DNA from: an uncultured Chloroflexia bacterium
GTDB taxonomy: Bacteria; Chloroflexota; Limnocylindria; Limnocylindrales; CSP1-4
Assembly (NCBI GenBank): GCA_963763775.1
Contig: CAVXPZ010000001.1
Coordinates: 160,001-224,000 of the forward strand
Length of the DNA: 64,000 nucleotides
Direction of reading: 5' to 3'
Positions 32,441 to 42,831 of this stretch are shown here, piece by piece (position 1 is the stretch's first letter; each line of letters begins with the position of its first letter). The translations under genes were made by a program, and so were the position numbers. Under the pieces are notes generated by a model. The model was not told the origin of the DNA. It searched no databases and saw only the letters and a list, made by a program, of their open reading frames with translations.

Positions 32441-33325
32441 CTAGCCGCGGTATCCGGCGTCGCGCAGGAGCGACGGGAGCTCGGTCGGCGACGATGCCAC
32501 GCGGAAGCCGGCCGCCTCGAGCGCCGCGACCTTGGAGGCGGCCGTGCCCGCGCCGCCGGAGATGATCGCCCCGGCGTGCCCCATCCGCTTGCCTTCGGGC
32601 GCGGTCCGACCGGCGATGAACGCGACCTTCGGGATGTCTCGCAGATGCTGGGCGGCCCAGGCGGCCGCCGTCTCCTCGGCGGCCCCGCCGATCTCGCCGA
32701 TCAGGACCAGGGCCTCGGTCTCGGGGTCGGCCGCGAACAGCTCCAGCACGTCGAGGAAGGTGGTGCCGATGATCGGGTCGCCGCCGATCCCGATGCACGT
32801 CGACTGGCCGAGGCCGGCGTCCGTCATCGCCTGCACGGCCTCGTACGTGAGCGTCCCGGACCGACTCACGACGCCGACGCGGCCCTCCCGATGGATCGGG
32901 CCCGGGATGATCCCGACCTTGGCCCGGCCGGGCGACGTGGCGCCGGGGCAGTTCGGTCCGATCAGGCGGGCGCCGCGAGCGCGGACGAACTCGACGGCCG
33001 CGACCATGTCGAGCGCCGGGATGCCCTCGGTGATGCAGAAGATCGTCTCGATGCCCGCGGCCGCAGCCTCCATGACGGCGTCCGGGGCGCCGGCGGCCGG
33101 CACGAAGATGCAGGACGTGTTCGCGCCGGTCTCGCGAACGGCGTCGGCGACCGTGTCGAAGACCGGCACCGTGCCATCGAGGGCCATCTGCCCGCCCTTG
33201 CCGGGCGTCATCCCCGCGACGATCGGCGTGCCGTAGGCCTGCATCGCCCGGGCGTGGAACTCGCCTTCGCGACCGGTGATGCCCTGCACCACCAGCCGCG
33301 TGTCACGGCCGACGAGGATGCTCAT
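32441..33325 (-). CDS. sucD: succinyl-CoA synthetase alpha subunit
   Basis: [32 protein letters not shown]. Confidence 0.97.
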   Translation of the reverse strand: MSILVGRDTRLVVQGITGREGEFHARAMQAYGTPIVAGMTPGKGGQMALDGTVPVFDTVADAVRETGANTSCIFVPAAGAPDAVMEAAAAGIETIFCITEGIPALDMVAAVEFVRARGARLIGPNCPGATSPGRAKVGIIPGPIHREGRVGVVSRSGTLTYEAVQAMTDAGLGQSTCIGIGGDPIIGTTFLDVLELFAADPETEALVLIGEIGGAAEETAAAWAAQHLRDIPKVAFIAGRTAPEGKRMGHAGAIISGGAGTAASKVAALEAAGFRVASSPTELPSLLRDAGYRG

Positions 33326-34497
33326 GCGGCCGCTCCGCCCGAGGCCGCGACGGCCTTCGCCGCCGCCTCGTCGAGCGAGGCGGCGGTCTCGAAGCGGGCC
33401 TCCTCGAGGAGCGTGGCCGCCTCGGCCGCGTTCGTGCCGACGATCCGCACGACCATCGGGACGTCGCGGGTCTGCTGCGCGCGAGCCTCGATCAGGCCCC
33501 GGGCGACCTCGTCACCCCGCGTGATGCCGCCGAAGATGTTGACCAGGATCGCATCGACCTTCGGGTCGGCGAGGATGATGCGCATCGCCGCGGCGACCTT
33601 GTCCGCCCGCGCGCCGCCGCCGATGTCGAGGAAGTTCGCCGGTTCGCCGCCGGCGCGCTTCACGAGGTCCATCGTCGTCATCGCCAGACCGGCGCCGTTG
33701 ACCATGCAGCCGATCGTGCCGTCGAGCTTGATGAACGTCAGGCCAGCCTCGCGCGCCTCCCGATCGGCCGGGGCCTCCTCATCGGGGTCGCGGAGCGCCT
33801 CGAGGCCCGGATGGCGAGGGAGCGCCGAGTCGTCGAGCGTGACCTTCGCATCGAGGCACACGAGCCGTTCGGCCGATGTGCCGTCCGGTCCCGACTCGCG
33901 GATGATCGCGAGCGGGTTGATCTCGACAAGGTCGGCGTCGTAGGCGAGCATCGTGGCCACGAGGCCCTTGGTGATCGCCACGGCCGCCTTGAGGTGCGCG
34001 CCGAGGCCCATCGCGAACGCGAGCTCGCGCGCCTGGTAGTCCTGGAGCCCGAGCAGGGGGTCCGCGTGGCGGCGGATGATCGCTTCCGGGTGCTCGACGG
34101 CGACCTGCTCGATCTCCACGCCGCCCTCGGCGGATCCCATGAGCATGATCCGCCGCTCCGCCCGGTCCAGGACGGCCGAGAGGTAGAACTCCTTGACGAT
34201 GTCCGCCGCCGGCCCGATGAGGACCTTGCGGACGGTCATGCCCTTGATGTCCATCCCGAGGATCGCCGTGGCAACGGTCGCAGCCTCGTCGGCCGAGCCC
34301 GCGAGCTTCACGCCGCCGGCCTTGCCGCGGCCGCCGACGAGGACCTGGGCCTTGATGACGACCTTCCCGGCCCCCTCGTCGAGGAAGTGCGCGGCGGCGG
34401 CACGGGCCTCGTCCACCGTGTGCGCCACCGCCCACGGCGGGACCGCCAGACCCTGGGCGACGAGCAGCGACTTGGCGTCGGCTTCCTGGATCTTCAC
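33322..34497 (-). CDS. sucC: succinyl-CoA synthetase beta subunit
   Basis: [40 protein letters not shown]. Confidence 0.97.
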   Translation of the reverse strand: MKIQEADAKSLLVAQGLAVPPWAVAHTVDEARAAAAHFLDEGAGKVVIKAQVLVGGRGKAGGVKLAGSADEAATVATAILGMDIKGMTVRKVLIGPAADIVKEFYLSAVLDRAERRIMLMGSAEGGVEIEQVAVEHPEAIIRRHADPLLGLQDYQARELAFAMGLGAHLKAAVAITKGLVATMLAYDADLVEINPLAIIRESGPDGTSAERLVCLDAKVTLDDSALPRHPGLEALRDPDEEAPADREAREAGLTFIKLDGTIGCMVNGAGLAMTTMDLVKRAGGEPANFLDIGGGARADKVAAAMRIILADPKVDAILVNIFGGITRGDEVARGLIEARAQQTRDVPMVVRIVGTNAAEAATLLEEARFETAASLDEAAAKAVAASGGAAA

Positions 34498-34682
34498 GGG
34501 CGGACGGGCACTCCGAGCTGCGAACTGGCCGGGGCTCGATGGTACCGCGTTCCGGCGGGCTGCCGGGGACGCCGCCGAGGGTTCGCAACGGGACGCTCGA
34601 CGTGAAGATGGAACGAACCGCGACACCCGCCTCGCCATACTCCTTGAGCGAGGCCAGACGGCCCGCCATCGCCGAGGGCGAC

Positions 34683-35240
34683 ATGCAGCGAGACCTCGTG
34701 GAGCGAGCACGGACGGGCGATCATGACGCCTTCGCCGTGCTGGCAGGCGCCGCGATCTCCCGCCTCGATGGCGCCGCCTGGCTGATCCTTCGGGACCGGG
34801 AGCAGGCGATGGACGCGGTGCAGAACGCCCTCGTCCGTGCCTGGCGTGATCTGCCCACCCTCCGTGATCCCGACGCCTTCGACGCGTGGCTGCGTCGTCT
34901 GCTCGTCCGTGCCTGTATCGATGAGGCGCGACGAGTCAGGCGACACCGGGTCGACGTCGAACTCACCATCCTCGATGTCCCGACAGCCGACGACGTCGCC
35001 TCGACGATCGCCGACCGTGACCAGCTCGAACGCGGCTTCCTCCGGCTGGATCCGGAGATGCGGGCCGTGATCGTCCTCCATCACTACCTCGACCTCCCGA
35101 TGCCGACCGTCGCCGCCACCCTCGGGATCCCCCTGGGGACGGCGAAGTCGCGGCTCCATCGAGCCCTCGGGCTCATGCGGGCCGCGCTCGATGCCGATAC
35201 GCGCCTGAGCCAGGACCACATGAAGGGTCGTCCGGTATGA
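34683..35240 (+). CDS. ECF sigma factor
   Basis: DAVQ..LVRAWRDL..LRDP..FDAWL (region 2); LGIPLGTAKSRLHRA (region 4). Confidence 0.93.
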   Translation: MQRDLVERARTGDHDAFAVLAGAAISRLDGAAWLILRDREQAMDAVQNALVRAWRDLPTLRDPDAFDAWLRRLLVRACIDEARRVRRHRVDVELTILDVPTADDVASTIADRDQLERGFLRLDPEMRAVIVLHHYLDLPMPTVAATLGIPLGTAKSRLHRALGLMRAALDADTRLSQDHMKGRPV

Positions 35241-36520
35241 CTGACAACGAGACGTTCGGACAGACCCTCTCGACGTGGCTCCACGAGGAGGCCGAGCACC
35301 GCATGCCCGACCATCTCGGCGAGGTCCTCGTGCGAACAGCGGCGACGCGACAGCGGCCGTGGTGGTCGAGCCACGAAAGGTGGCTTCCGTTGGATACCTC
35401 CACGAACCTCCCGGGCCGGGTCTCGGTCCCCAGGCCCCTCGCGTGGGTCGCCGTGGCCCTTCTGCTGGTGATCGCCATCGTGGGTGCCGCCCTGCTGAGC
35501 GGCGCCTTTCGCCCGGCGGCACCCACGTTCGGCCTGGCCGAGAACGGCCGGATCCTCGTTGCCGACGGCACGCAGCTCAAGAGCTACGCGGCCGACGGCA
35601 CGGACCCCAAGGTCGTGCAGGCGCTTCCGGGTGGCGCCTCAGGCCTGACGATCTCGCCCGATGGCACCAAGCTCGCGTTCGCGACCGCCACCCAACCCGA
35701 GACCATCCAGGTCCTGCCGGTGAGCGGAGGGCAGCCCATCTCCGTACCGTTGCCGGATGGCACGCGAGCCGGTGACCAGATCAGCTGGTCGCCGACTAGT
35801 GATCGGATCGTCTTCCCGACCGTGGCCGGCACGACCGAGGCCCTGTATACGGCCCCTGTGGACGGATCGGCGGCCACCCAGCTCGGTGCGGGCGCGATCC
35901 CGTCGGTGGGCCTGTGGTGGCCGGCCTGGTCGCCGGACGGCCGGACCATCTCCTTCCTGACGGACGAAGGCGGCAGCGGGACTGGGGCGATCAACGTGAT
36001 CCATCCGGATGGCACCGGGTTCCAGCGTCTCTCGACTCCACTCGTCTCGGTCGGTGGCGTCGGCGGCAACGTGTGGTCGCCGGAGCCCGGTGTGCAGCGA
36101 CTCCTGTTCGTCGGCGACGGGAACAACCTCTGGATCCACGACTTCTCGACCGGGAAGGACGGATCGGTGATCGGCGGGTTCTGGCCCACGTGGTCGCCCG
36201 ACGGCAAGCGGATGGCGTTCTGGGGAGGTGGCACGGAGACCCTGTCCGTGGCGGACGCCATCGCCGGGATCGCTCGACCTACCCGGGTGTTCGCGCCCTT
36301 CCAGGACAACTGTCAAGCGAATCCGGAGCGTGCTCGAACGGCATTCTGCGGTCCGGCAACGTGGTCGCCAGACGGTACCCGAGTCCTCGCCCCGGACATC
36401 GTCGGGACGTCGGTGCTGTCGCTGTTGGCGGACGGCACCGGGGCGCCGATCGTCATCCCGATCTCCACCAACGTCATGGACAAGGGCAACCCGGTCGCCT
36501 GGGTGCCGGTCCGTCCCTGA
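35237..36520 (+). CDS. putative anti-sigma factor with TM helix and TolB-like (PD40) beta-propeller
   Basis: ATGA-coupled to the sigma gene; single TM; repeated WSPDG motifs. Confidence 0.75.
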   Translation: MTDNETFGQTLSTWLHEEAEHRMPDHLGEVLVRTAATRQRPWWSSHERWLPLDTSTNLPGRVSVPRPLAWVAVALLLVIAIVGAALLSGAFRPAAPTFGLAENGRILVADGTQLKSYAADGTDPKVVQALPGGASGLTISPDGTKLAFATATQPETIQVLPVSGGQPISVPLPDGTRAGDQISWSPTSDRIVFPTVAGTTEALYTAPVDGSAATQLGAGAIPSVGLWWPAWSPDGRTISFLTDEGGSGTGAINVIHPDGTGFQRLSTPLVSVGGVGGNVWSPEPGVQRLLFVGDGNNLWIHDFSTGKDGSVIGGFWPTWSPDGKRMAFWGGGTETLSVADAIAGIARPTRVFAPFQDNCQANPERARTAFCGPATWSPDGTRVLAPDIVGTSVLSLLADGTGAPIVIPISTNVMDKGNPVAWVPVRP

Positions 36521-36611
36521 CGAGCGACGACTCGAACGCAAAGCCACGGCGGCCGGCCCCTCCTCCAGAGGCCGGCCGTCGTCCGGCGCCTCGCGATGCT
36601 ACGATCGGGGC

Positions 36612-37643
36612 ATGGCCCACCGAGTCACCCTGATCCCCGGCGACGGCATCGGTCCGGAGTTGGCGGAGGCGTCCCGTCGCGTGCTCGACGCGTCGGGCGT
36701 CGCGTTCGAGTGGGAGACCGTCGACGCGGGCGAGGCCGTCATGGCCGAGTACGGCACGCCGCTCCCGGAGCACGTCCTCGAATCGATCAAGCGCAACAAG
36801 GTGGCGCTCAAGGGGCCGATCACGACGCCGATCGGCGAGGGCTTCCGCAGCGTCAACGTGACCCTCCGCCAGGTCCTCGGGCTGTACGCCAACCTGCGCC
36901 CGGCTCGTTCGATCAAGGGCCTCGAGACCCGCTACGAGGACGTCGACCTCGTCATCGTCCGCGAGAACACCGAGGACCTCTACGCCGGCATCGAGCACAT
37001 GGTCGGGCGCGACGCCGCGGAGAGCATCAAGATCATCACCCGGGAGGCCTCGGAGCGGATCGCCCGCTACGCCTTCGACTACGCGGTGGCGAACGGCCGC
37101 GAGAAGGTGACGGCGGTCCACAAGGCCAACATCATGAAGCTCTCGGACGGCCTGTTCCTCGAGAGCTGTCGGACGGTGGCGGCGGAATACGACGGCCGGG
37201 TGGCCTTCGAGGACCGCATCGTCGACAACATGTGCATGCAGCTCGTCCAGAAACCCGAGCTGTACGACGTCCTGGTGCTGCCGAACCTGTACGGCGACAT
37301 CGTCAGCGACCTGGCCGCGGGCCTCGTCGGCGGCCTCGGGGTGGCGCCCGGCGCGAACATCGGCACGGACGCCGCCGTCTTCGAGCCGGTCCACGGCTCC
37401 GCGCCGAAGTACGCGGGCATGAACAAGGCGAACCCGACGGCGATGATCCTGTCGGGCGCGTTGATGCTCCGCCACCTCGGCTACCCGGACGCGGCCACGA
37501 ACCTCGAGGCGGCCGTCCGCGACGTCATCGCCGAGGGGCGATCCACGACGTACGACCTGGGTGGACCCGCCGGGACGAGCGAGTTCGCCGACGCGATCAT
37601 CGAGCGCCTGGCCGCGACGCCGGCCGCTTCGACGCCCGCCTAG
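36612..37643 (+). CDS. icd: isocitrate/isopropylmalate dehydrogenase family, probably NAD-dependent isocitrate dehydrogenase
   Basis: [49 protein letters not shown]; TCA gene context. Confidence 0.85.
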   Translation: MAHRVTLIPGDGIGPELAEASRRVLDASGVAFEWETVDAGEAVMAEYGTPLPEHVLESIKRNKVALKGPITTPIGEGFRSVNVTLRQVLGLYANLRPARSIKGLETRYEDVDLVIVRENTEDLYAGIEHMVGRDAAESIKIITREASERIARYAFDYAVANGREKVTAVHKANIMKLSDGLFLESCRTVAAEYDGRVAFEDRIVDNMCMQLVQKPELYDVLVLPNLYGDIVSDLAAGLVGGLGVAPGANIGTDAAVFEPVHGSAPKYAGMNKANPTAMILSGALMLRHLGYPDAATNLEAAVRDVIAEGRSTTYDLGGPAGTSEFADAIIERLAATPAASTPA

Positions 37644-37681
37644 CCAGACCGGCCGGCGCGGCGACACCGAACGGAGGCTTC

Positions 37682-38065
37682 ATGCTGGTCCGATACCGGG
37701 GCGGGGAAGGGATGCTCGCGTGGGCGTTCCACCGGATCTCCGGGGTGGCCATCTGGCTGTTCGTGATGCTCCACGTCTTCGACATCTTCCTCGTCGGCGT
37801 GGCGCCGAAGACGTACGACAGCCTGCTGTTCATCTATGCGACCCCGCCGGGGATCGTCATGGAGTGGCTGCTCGGGGCCGCCGTCCTGTACCACGCGCTC
37901 AACGGCTTGCGCATCGTGGTGATGGACTTCTGGCCGCCCCTGACGCGATATCACCGCCAGCTCTGGTACCTGTGCTGGGTGGTATTCGCGATCGTCGGGA
38001 TCCCCGTGACGATCGTCATCTTCGGGCAGTTCGCCCGGGCCATGGGCTGGATGGCGCCCGCATGA
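37682..38065 (+). CDS. sdhC: succinate dehydrogenase cytochrome b556 subunit
   Basis: HRISGV, YHALNGLRI. Confidence 0.92.
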   Translation: MLVRYRGGEGMLAWAFHRISGVAIWLFVMLHVFDIFLVGVAPKTYDSLLFIYATPPGIVMEWLLGAAVLYHALNGLRIVVMDFWPPLTRYHRQLWYLCWVVFAIVGIPVTIVIFGQFARAMGWMAPA

Positions 38066-38466
38066 CCATCCGAACGACTCGGGCGGGACGGGCGAAGCCC
38101 GCGGGTCGCGGCCGGGAGCTGGCCGAGTGGTATGCGATGCGCGTCACCGGCCTCGCGCTGTTCGTGCTCGTGCTGAGTCACTACCTCATCCTGCACGTCC
38201 TGTACGAGCCGGCCCAGCAGCACGCCGGCTGGATCGCCGACGTCCGATGGAGCAGCACGTTCTGGCGCGGCTTCGACTGGCTGATGCTGTTCCTGGTCCT
38301 GTTCCATGCGTTCACCGGGATGCGGACCGTCCTGTCGGATTACACGCATGGCCGAGTCAGGACGATCTCGGTCGCCGCCCTGTATCTGGTGGCGTTCGTG
38401 CTGCTCGTGATGGGCACGTACGTCGTCCTGACGCTGCCCGTCACCCGCGTCGTCCCGGCCGCATGA
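38062..38466 (+). CDS. sdhD: succinate dehydrogenase hydrophobic anchor subunit
   Basis: W..MRVTG, HAFTGMR.V..DY. Confidence 0.9.
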   Translation: MTIRTTRAGRAKPAGRGRELAEWYAMRVTGLALFVLVLSHYLILHVLYEPAQQHAGWIADVRWSSTFWRGFDWLMLFLVLFHAFTGMRTVLSDYTHGRVRTISVAALYLVAFVLLVMGTYVVLTLPVTRVVPAA

Positions 38467-40214
38467 CGACCCCGATCCAGCACGACGCGCTGATCGTGGG
38501 GGCCGGCGGCGCCGGCCTCTGGGCGGCCGTGGAACTGGCCAAGGCCGGCGTCGACGCGGCCGTCGTCACGAAGCTCTACCCGACCCGCTCCCATACCGGC
38601 GCCGCCCAGGGCGGCGTGTGTGCCGCCCTGGGAAACCAGGAGGAGGACCACTGGGAGTGGCACATGTTCGACACGATCAAGGGCGGCGACTACCTCGTCG
38701 ACCAGGACGCGGCCGAGGTCCTGGCGCGCGAGGCGATCGAGACCGTGATCGAGCTCGAGCACATGGGCCTGCCGTTCAACCGGACGCCCGACGGCAAGAT
38801 CGACCAGCGCCGCTTCGGCGGGCATACGCGCAACTACGGCGAAGGCCCCGTCCGCCGCTCGTGCTTCGCCGCCGACCGGACCGGGCACATGATCCTGCAG
38901 ACGCTCTACCAGCAGGCGATCAAGCACGGCGTCACGTTCTACGACGAGTACCACGTCGTCGACCTCATCGCCGCGGACGGCGACCTGGGCTCGGGCGGTC
39001 GCGTGGGCGGTGTCGTCGCCTACCGGATCGCGGACGGCGAGCTCCACACCCTGCGCGCCAAGAGCGTCCTGCTCGCGACCGGCGGCTTCGGGCGCATGTT
39101 CCGGATCACCTCGAACGCGTGGTCGCTGACCGGGGACGGGGCCGCGCTCGTCTACCGCCACGGCATCCCGTTGCAGGACATGGAGTTCTACCAGTTCCAC
39201 CCGACCGGGATCGTCGGGATCGGCATCCTGCTGTCCGAGGCCGCCCGCGGCGAAGGCGGGTACCTCCTCAACGACGAAGGCCAGCGGTTCATGGAGCGCT
39301 ACGCGCCCACGCTGATGGAGCTCGCGCCGCGGGACATGGTCAGCCGGGCCATCACGCAGGAGATCCGGGCGGGCCGCGGGATCGGCGGCAAGGACTACGT
39401 CTTCCTCGACGTCCGGCACCTCGGGCGGGCCGTCATCGAGGAGAAGCTCCCCGATATCACCGAGTTCGCCCGCGTCTACCAGGGCGTCGAGCCCCTGACC
39501 GAGCCGGTCCCGATCCAGCCGACGGCCCACTACGCGATGGGCGGCATCCCGACCGACCTCCTCACGCACGTCACGCGCGACGCCGCCGGGACGGTCGTCC
39601 CCGGGTTGTACGCCGCGGGCGAGTGCGCCTGCGTCAGCGTGCACGGGGCCAACCGACTCGGCACGAACTCGCTCGTCGACCTGCTCGTGTTCGGTCGGCG
39701 CGCCGGGCGGCAGATCGCCGCGGATCTCGGCGGTCTCGACCACCCCTCGATCCCCGACGACGTGCAGGACCCGGTCCGCGCCGAGATCGAGGGCCTTCGC
39801 AACCGAGCCACAAGGGAGAACCCGGCGCATATCCGACGCGACCTGGCCGACGTGATGATGGACGACGTCGGGGTGTACCGCGACGCGGCCGGTCTGCGGT
39901 CCGCGCTGACCCGCGTCGGCGAGCTGAAGGCGCGCTACGCCCGGGCGTCGATCATGGACAAGGGACGCGTCTTCAACACGGACCTCCTGGAGGCCCGCGA
40001 GGTGGGCTACCTCCTGGACTGCGCCGAGACGACCGTCGTGTCCGCGCTGGCCCGCAAGGAGAGCCGCGGCGCCCACGCCCGCGAGGACTACCCGGAGCGC
40101 GACGACGCGGCGTTCCTCTCGCACACGCTCGCCACGCGCGGCCCGGACGGTCCGACGCTGACCTACAAGCCGGTCACGATCACCAAATTCCAGCCCAAGC
40201 CCCGGACGTACTGA
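38463..40214 (+). CDS. sdhA: succinate dehydrogenase flavoprotein subunit
   Basis: GAGGAG, RSHTGAAQGG, QFHPT, HYAMGG, SVHGANRLG, ESRGAH. Confidence 0.97.
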   Translation: MTTPIQHDALIVGAGGAGLWAAVELAKAGVDAAVVTKLYPTRSHTGAAQGGVCAALGNQEEDHWEWHMFDTIKGGDYLVDQDAAEVLAREAIETVIELEHMGLPFNRTPDGKIDQRRFGGHTRNYGEGPVRRSCFAADRTGHMILQTLYQQAIKHGVTFYDEYHVVDLIAADGDLGSGGRVGGVVAYRIADGELHTLRAKSVLLATGGFGRMFRITSNAWSLTGDGAALVYRHGIPLQDMEFYQFHPTGIVGIGILLSEAARGEGGYLLNDEGQRFMERYAPTLMELAPRDMVSRAITQEIRAGRGIGGKDYVFLDVRHLGRAVIEEKLPDITEFARVYQGVEPLTEPVPIQPTAHYAMGGIPTDLLTHVTRDAAGTVVPGLYAAGECACVSVHGANRLGTNSLVDLLVFGRRAGRQIAADLGGLDHPSIPDDVQDPVRAEIEGLRNRATRENPAHIRRDLADVMMDDVGVYRDAAGLRSALTRVGELKARYARASIMDKGRVFNTDLLEAREVGYLLDCAETTVVSALARKESRGAHAREDYPERDDAAFLSHTLATRGPDGPTLTYKPVTITKFQPKPRTY

Positions 40215-40227
40215 GGCCACCCGCCCG

Positions 40228-40932
40228 ATGCAGGTCGATCTCCGCATCCTCCGCTACGACCCCGAGCGCGACGAGAAGCCGCACTGGGAGGCCTACGCGG
40301 TCGAGTGCGACCCGAAGGCGGACCGGGTCCTCGACCTGCTGCATCGCGTGAAGTACGAGCAGGACGGCTCGCTGACGTTCCGCCGTTCGTGCGCCCATGG
40401 GGTGTGCGGCTCGGACGCGATGCTCATCAACGGCCGCAACCGGCTCGCCTGCAAGATGCGCGTCGAGCAGCTCGGCAAGCGACGGATCACCGTGGCGCCG
40501 CTGCCGGGCCTGCCGGTCGTCAAGGACCTCGTCGTGGACATGGACGGGTTCTTCGACTCGTACAAGAGCGTGAAGCCGTACCTCATCAACGACTCGCCCG
40601 AGCCGGAGCGCGAGCGGACGCAGTCCGCGGCCGAGCGCGCGATCTACGACGACACGACCAAGTGCATCCTGTGCGGCGCCTGCACCTCCTCCTGCCCGTC
40701 GTTCTGGTCCCAGTCCACGTACGTCGGGCCGGCCGCGATCGTGAACGCGCACCGGTTCATCTTCGACTCGCGCGACGAGGCGGCCCATGAGCGGCTCGAG
40801 ATCCTCGCGGACGAGGACGGGGTGTGGCGTTGTCGCACGATCTTCAATTGCACGGATGCCTGCCCTCGCGGGATCCACATCACCCAGGCCATCCTCGAGG
40901 TGAGCCAGGCCATCGGAAGGCGCGCGACCTGA
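40228..40932 (+). CDS. sdhB: succinate dehydrogenase iron-sulfur subunit
   Basis: SCAHGVCGSD, CILCGACTSSCP, CRTIFNCTDACP. Confidence 0.97.
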   Translation: MQVDLRILRYDPERDEKPHWEAYAVECDPKADRVLDLLHRVKYEQDGSLTFRRSCAHGVCGSDAMLINGRNRLACKMRVEQLGKRRITVAPLPGLPVVKDLVVDMDGFFDSYKSVKPYLINDSPEPERERTQSAAERAIYDDTTKCILCGACTSSCPSFWSQSTYVGPAAIVNAHRFIFDSRDEAAHERLEILADEDGVWRCRTIFNCTDACPRGIHITQAILEVSQAIGRRAT

Positions 40933-41455
40933 GCGACACGCTGTTCCCGGATCTCGAGGAGCCCGAGGGCACAGCCGCCCCGCCGCGCCGAGGGTTCGTC
41001 ATCCGGACGGACGGTGCGGCGCGAGGCAATCCCGGTCCGGCGTCGCTCGGGGCGGCCCTCTACGACCTTGAGCGGCCCGACGCTCGAGATCACCAGGGCC
41101 ACGCCGGATGCGTCCATCTCGGACTACCTGGGGATCCAGACCAACAACGTGGCCGAGTACACCGGCACCATGCGGGCACTCGCGCTGGCCAGTGACCTTG
41201 GGCGCTCGGGAAGTCCACCTGCTCCTGGATTCGAAACTGATCGTGGAGCAGCTCGCCGGCCGGTGGCGGGTCAAGGACGCCAAGCTCATCCCGCTCTGGT
41301 CCGCCTGTCGGGCCACCCTGGCCACATTCGAACGCTGGACCGCGGCGCACGTCCCGCGAGCGCAGAACTCCGTCGCGGATCGGCTCGCCAACGAGGCGAT
41401 CGACCGCGCCCACGCCGGCGGACCGGCGTCCGTCGTGCGCCGCCCCGGCGAGTAG
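40929..41455 (+). CDS. rnhA: ribonuclease HI, frameshifted
   Basis: TDGAARGNPGPA, TNNVAEY, DSKLIVEQ..G.W.VK, HVPRAQN..AD.LAN across three frames. Confidence 0.88.
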
Positions 41456-41471
41456 CCCCTCGAGGGCCAAG

Positions 41472-41795
41472 GTGCAGGACCCGACCCGCCGCGACGCCCC
41501 CGGGAGCTGGCCGCGCGATCGGCCGGTCCGTTGGGGCGCGCTGGGCCGGAACCTCACGTCGTTCGCCGCCAGGACGAGCGTCTTCGTGGTCCAGTTCGCG
41601 CTGATCGTCCCGATCCTGACGCTGCCGGCCGATGCGGCGGGCGGCTGGCTCCAGGCGGGGGTCGCCGTGGCGTGGGGTGTCGGGACGCTGTGGGCCGCGT
41701 GGTGCTGGCTGCTCGGCGACCCGCGCGGCGTGATCGCGCCGGTCCTGACCCTCGTCGCGATCCTCGCCGCGGGGAGCAGCGGGTCCGGAGGGTAG
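41472..41795 (+). CDS. small hypothetical membrane protein
   Basis: 107-aa hydrophobic ORF. Confidence 0.35.
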   Translation: MQDPTRRDAPGSWPRDRPVRWGALGRNLTSFAARTSVFVVQFALIVPILTLPADAAGGWLQAGVAVAWGVGTLWAAWCWLLGDPRGVIAPVLTLVAILAAGSSGSGG

Positions 41796-41804
41796 ACTCC
41801 GGGG

Positions 41805-42184
41805 GTCAGCGAGGCGGTCGGATGGTCGCGCGTCGGTCGGGGAGACCCGGTCGGCGTGAGGAAAGTCCGAGCTCCGCAGCGCAGGGTGGCGGGTAACGCC
41901 CGTCCGCCGTGAGGCGAGGACCAGTGCCACAGTGACGATGCCGCCGGTCGGGCTTCGGCCGGGTCGGCGGAGTGAAACGCGGCAAACTCCACCCGGAGCA
42001 AGGCCAAATAGGAGGGCGCAACCCGACATCGGGTGACCGGTGACGGGGGAGAGGTGCGCTGCCCAGCCCTCGGGTCGGCCGCATGAGCCGTCGGGCGACC
42101 GGCGGCCCCAGATGGATGGCCATCCCCGGCGGGCGCTTCGGCGCCCGGCGGGACAGAACTCGGCTTACAGACCGCCTCGCTGAC
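41805..42184 (+). ncRNA. rnpB: RNase P RNA (type A-like)
   Basis: GAGGAAAGTCC, AGTGCCACAG, GTGAAAC, GGCAAACTCCAC, GAGCAAG, ACAGAACTCGGCTTA; P1 helix gtcagcgaggcggtc/gaccgcctcgctgac; TAGACT -10 six nt upstream. Confidence 0.97.
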
Positions 42185-42434
42185 GCCTTCGCGACCGAGC
42201 CACGGCCCAGATGACCGCCCACCCGACCGCGATCAGGGCGATCGCGGGCAGCGGGCTTTCGAGCAGGCGGTCCAGGTCGGTCAGCGGCGGGAGCCCCATG
42301 GCGGCCCGGCAGCTCTCAGGCGTGACATCCAGCGGCCCGAGGCACATCTGGACGTGGCCGCCAGCGATGAACAGCCACCACGTGGCGACCGCGACCGTCC
42401 AGATCCCCATCGCCGCGACGACGCGGCGCGTCAT
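42165..42434 (-). CDS. small hypothetical membrane protein
   Basis: two TMs flanking a loop with two Cys; 3' end overlaps the rnpB end. Confidence 0.45.
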   Translation of the reverse strand: MTRRVVAAMGIWTVAVATWWLFIAGGHVQMCLGPLDVTPESCRAAMGLPPLTDLDRLLESPLPAIALIAVGWAVIWAVARSRRRQRGGL

Positions 42435-42441
42435 CGCGAGG

Positions 42442-42684
42442 TCAGTCCTCGTCGGGCCGGAAGATGTGCGGGGCGGCACACGCGTTGCAGATCGGCGTGG
42501 CCGAATCGAGATCGCCGAGTGGGATCGGCACCTTGCGATCGGGGAAGAGGCACTCCACGTCGTAGACGCGCTCGCCGCCGGCCTCGACCTGGATGAGGCG
42601 CCGGAACGTGCAGCGCTTGATCCGGTGCGGCGCGAGATGGAACGCGTCCGGCTGTTGCGGGATGACGGGGAGCGGCATGGCCAT
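42442..42684 (-). CDS. small Cys/His-rich hypothetical protein
   Basis: about 80 aa, C..C..CNAC..H. Confidence 0.6.
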   Translation of the reverse strand: MAMPLPVIPQQPDAFHLAPHRIKRCTFRRLIQVEAGGERVYDVECLFPDRKVPIPLGDLDSATPICNACAAPHIFRPDED

Positions 42685-42831
42685 GGGGCGTCGCGTCGGC
42701 CTCGATCCTGGTCGGCCGGATGGGTGCCGGTCGACTCTGGCGCCGGAGCCTAGCACCCGGCTTCGCGAAACGGCAAGGCGCGAAAGGTACTAGACTCCCG
42801 GCCGTTCCACCCACAGGCAGCCGGAGGGCGC

